From Eubacteriales bacterium (GTDB lineage: Bacteria; Bacillota; Clostridia; Oscillospirales; CAG-272), in NCBI GenBank assembly GCA_045577175.1, contig JAZNHT010000023.1, positions 38,407-102,406 of the forward strand: a DNA stretch of 64,000 bases. The letters are read 5' to 3'. The notes beneath the pieces were generated by a model, which made no database searches, had not been told where the DNA came from, and saw only the letters and a list, made by a program, of their open reading frames with translations. Numbering within the stretch: the stretch's first letter is position 1; every line of letters starts with the position of its first letter. Made by a program: the position numbers and the translations under genes. This document shows positions 63,107 through 64,000 of this stretch, piece after piece.

Positions 63107-64000
63107 ATGATCAATATAGGGAACAAGATCCGGGAACTTAGAAAAAAGAAAGGTATCACCCAAGAGACACTTGCCTCCGTTCTGTCTGTTTCTCCCCAAG
63201 CAGTAAGCAAATGGGAAAGTGGTCTGACATATCCCGATATGGAAATGATACCTGTTATCGCGGGATACTTTGAGGTTTCAATGGATATTCTTTTTGATTA
63301 TAATGTTCGTGAAATGAACGCAAAAATCGAAAAGATTACAGATGAAGCGTGGAAATATTTCTTTGACGATACACCGAGATATATAAAAACGATCAAAGCC
63401 GCCTTGCAGGAATATCCCGACAACGAATTTTTGCTCTGCCGTCTGTTAGATGCTTACGAATACGCTTTGCGTAATCAAGATGATATCTCGCATCTTGATG
63501 AGTTGATAGAACTTTCTCAAAAAATCATTGCCGAGAGCACGGATTTTCTCCGGGTATGTAACGCAAAGGACTGCCAAGCGGCGGCATATTTAAAAAAAGA
63601 TGAATATCAAAAGGCTAAGGAGGTATTGGAAACGCTTCCTCTCGCCTTTGATATTCGCAACAGTACGATTGCCTTCCGTTTGTCCGGGAAAGATAAACTC
63701 CGCGGCGCAACCATGTCAAGATGCCATCATTTACAGAGTCTATACCAGGCTTGTATGGAAGAAGGTAATGCTTGGTTTAACATGGATCAGCATCCCGAGG
63801 TCAAGTTCCGCGATTATACTCCCGATGATTATATTCCCGAGGCTTTGAAATGCTATCAAAAAGGACTCCGTGTGCTTACAACCTTCCTTCTGACAGATTA
63901 CTATGATAATCCCGCAGATCAATACCTTTGGGAAGGAATGCAAACGTTCCATTGGAGTTTTCTTCAGTGCATTGCAGCTTGCTATAAAAAACTCGGTAAT
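63107..64000 (+). CDS. XRE-family HTH regulator with helical-repeat (TPR-like) C-terminal region; 3' end outside window
   Basis: Not in the ORF track because it is open to the window end (894 nt = 298 codons). GGAGG lies 7 nt before ATG 63107. MINIGNKIRELRKKKGITQETLASVLSVSPQAVSKWESGLTYPDMEMIPVIAGYFEVSMDILF is an HTH_3 domain. The rest is alpha-helical-repeat-like. The DNA is visibly AT-richer than the rest of the window. Confidence 0.8.
   Translation, partial: MINIGNKIRELRKKKGITQETLASVLSVSPQAVSKWESGLTYPDMEMIPVIAGYFEVSMDILFDYNVREMNAKIEKITDEAWKYFFDDTPRYIKTIKAALQEYPDNEFLLCRLLDAYEYALRNQDDISHLDELIELSQKIIAESTDFLRVCNAKDCQAAAYLKKDEYQKAKEVLETLPLAFDIRNSTIAFRLSGKDKLRGATMSRCHHLQSLYQACMEEGNAWFNMDQHPEVKFRDYTPDDYIPEALKCYQKGLRVLTTFLLTDYYDNPADQYLWEGMQTFHWSFLQCIAACYKKLGN

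Overview
This 64-kb window comes from a moderately GC-rich, apparently spore-forming Firmicute. That call is an inference from the Clostridia/Bacilli-type gene order ylbJ / yqfC-yqfD-phoH-ybeY-era-recO-mutS2. Nt 1-20,250 hold a head-to-tail array of five paralogous genes; the first is cut by the window edge. Each encodes a ~1,440-1,490-aa secreted multidomain protein. By eye the order is: signal peptide, CBM9-like region, LamG-like region, Ig-like module, discoidin-like module, DUF2341-like module, four-Asp-box sialidase-like beta-propeller, second LamG/ConA-like domain, and a non-LPXTG C-terminal TM anchor ending KKSKKKSA. Each copy has its own conserved extended -10 promoter and its own conserved hairpin terminator. 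This array is the most unusual content of the window. The remaining ~44 kb is mostly ordinary chromosome:
- cell-wall enzymes (M23 peptidase, GHL10 lipoprotein, CapA, amidase)
- a two-component system next to a fused MacB-type ABC transporter
- two tandem esterases
- prfB without the programmed frameshift
- sporulation and ribosome-maturation genes
- prs-argS and yebC
- a four-gene Trk/Ktr potassium-uptake operon
- lexA with a candidate SOS box
- GTP-PEPCK
- a TetR/ABC-2 module.
Smaller oddities:
- an orphan ThyX-fold protein lacking the RHR...S catalytic motif
- a lipoprotein carrying zinc ribbons plus a DnaJ-like (CxxCxGxG)4 cluster
- a ~145-bp nested palindromic element with compensatory hairpin changes, at the border of an AT-richer segment that encodes an XRE-type regulator.
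I recognised no rRNA, tRNA, CRISPR array, transposase or integrase. All domain calls are by-eye motif recognition and need HMM or structure confirmation.
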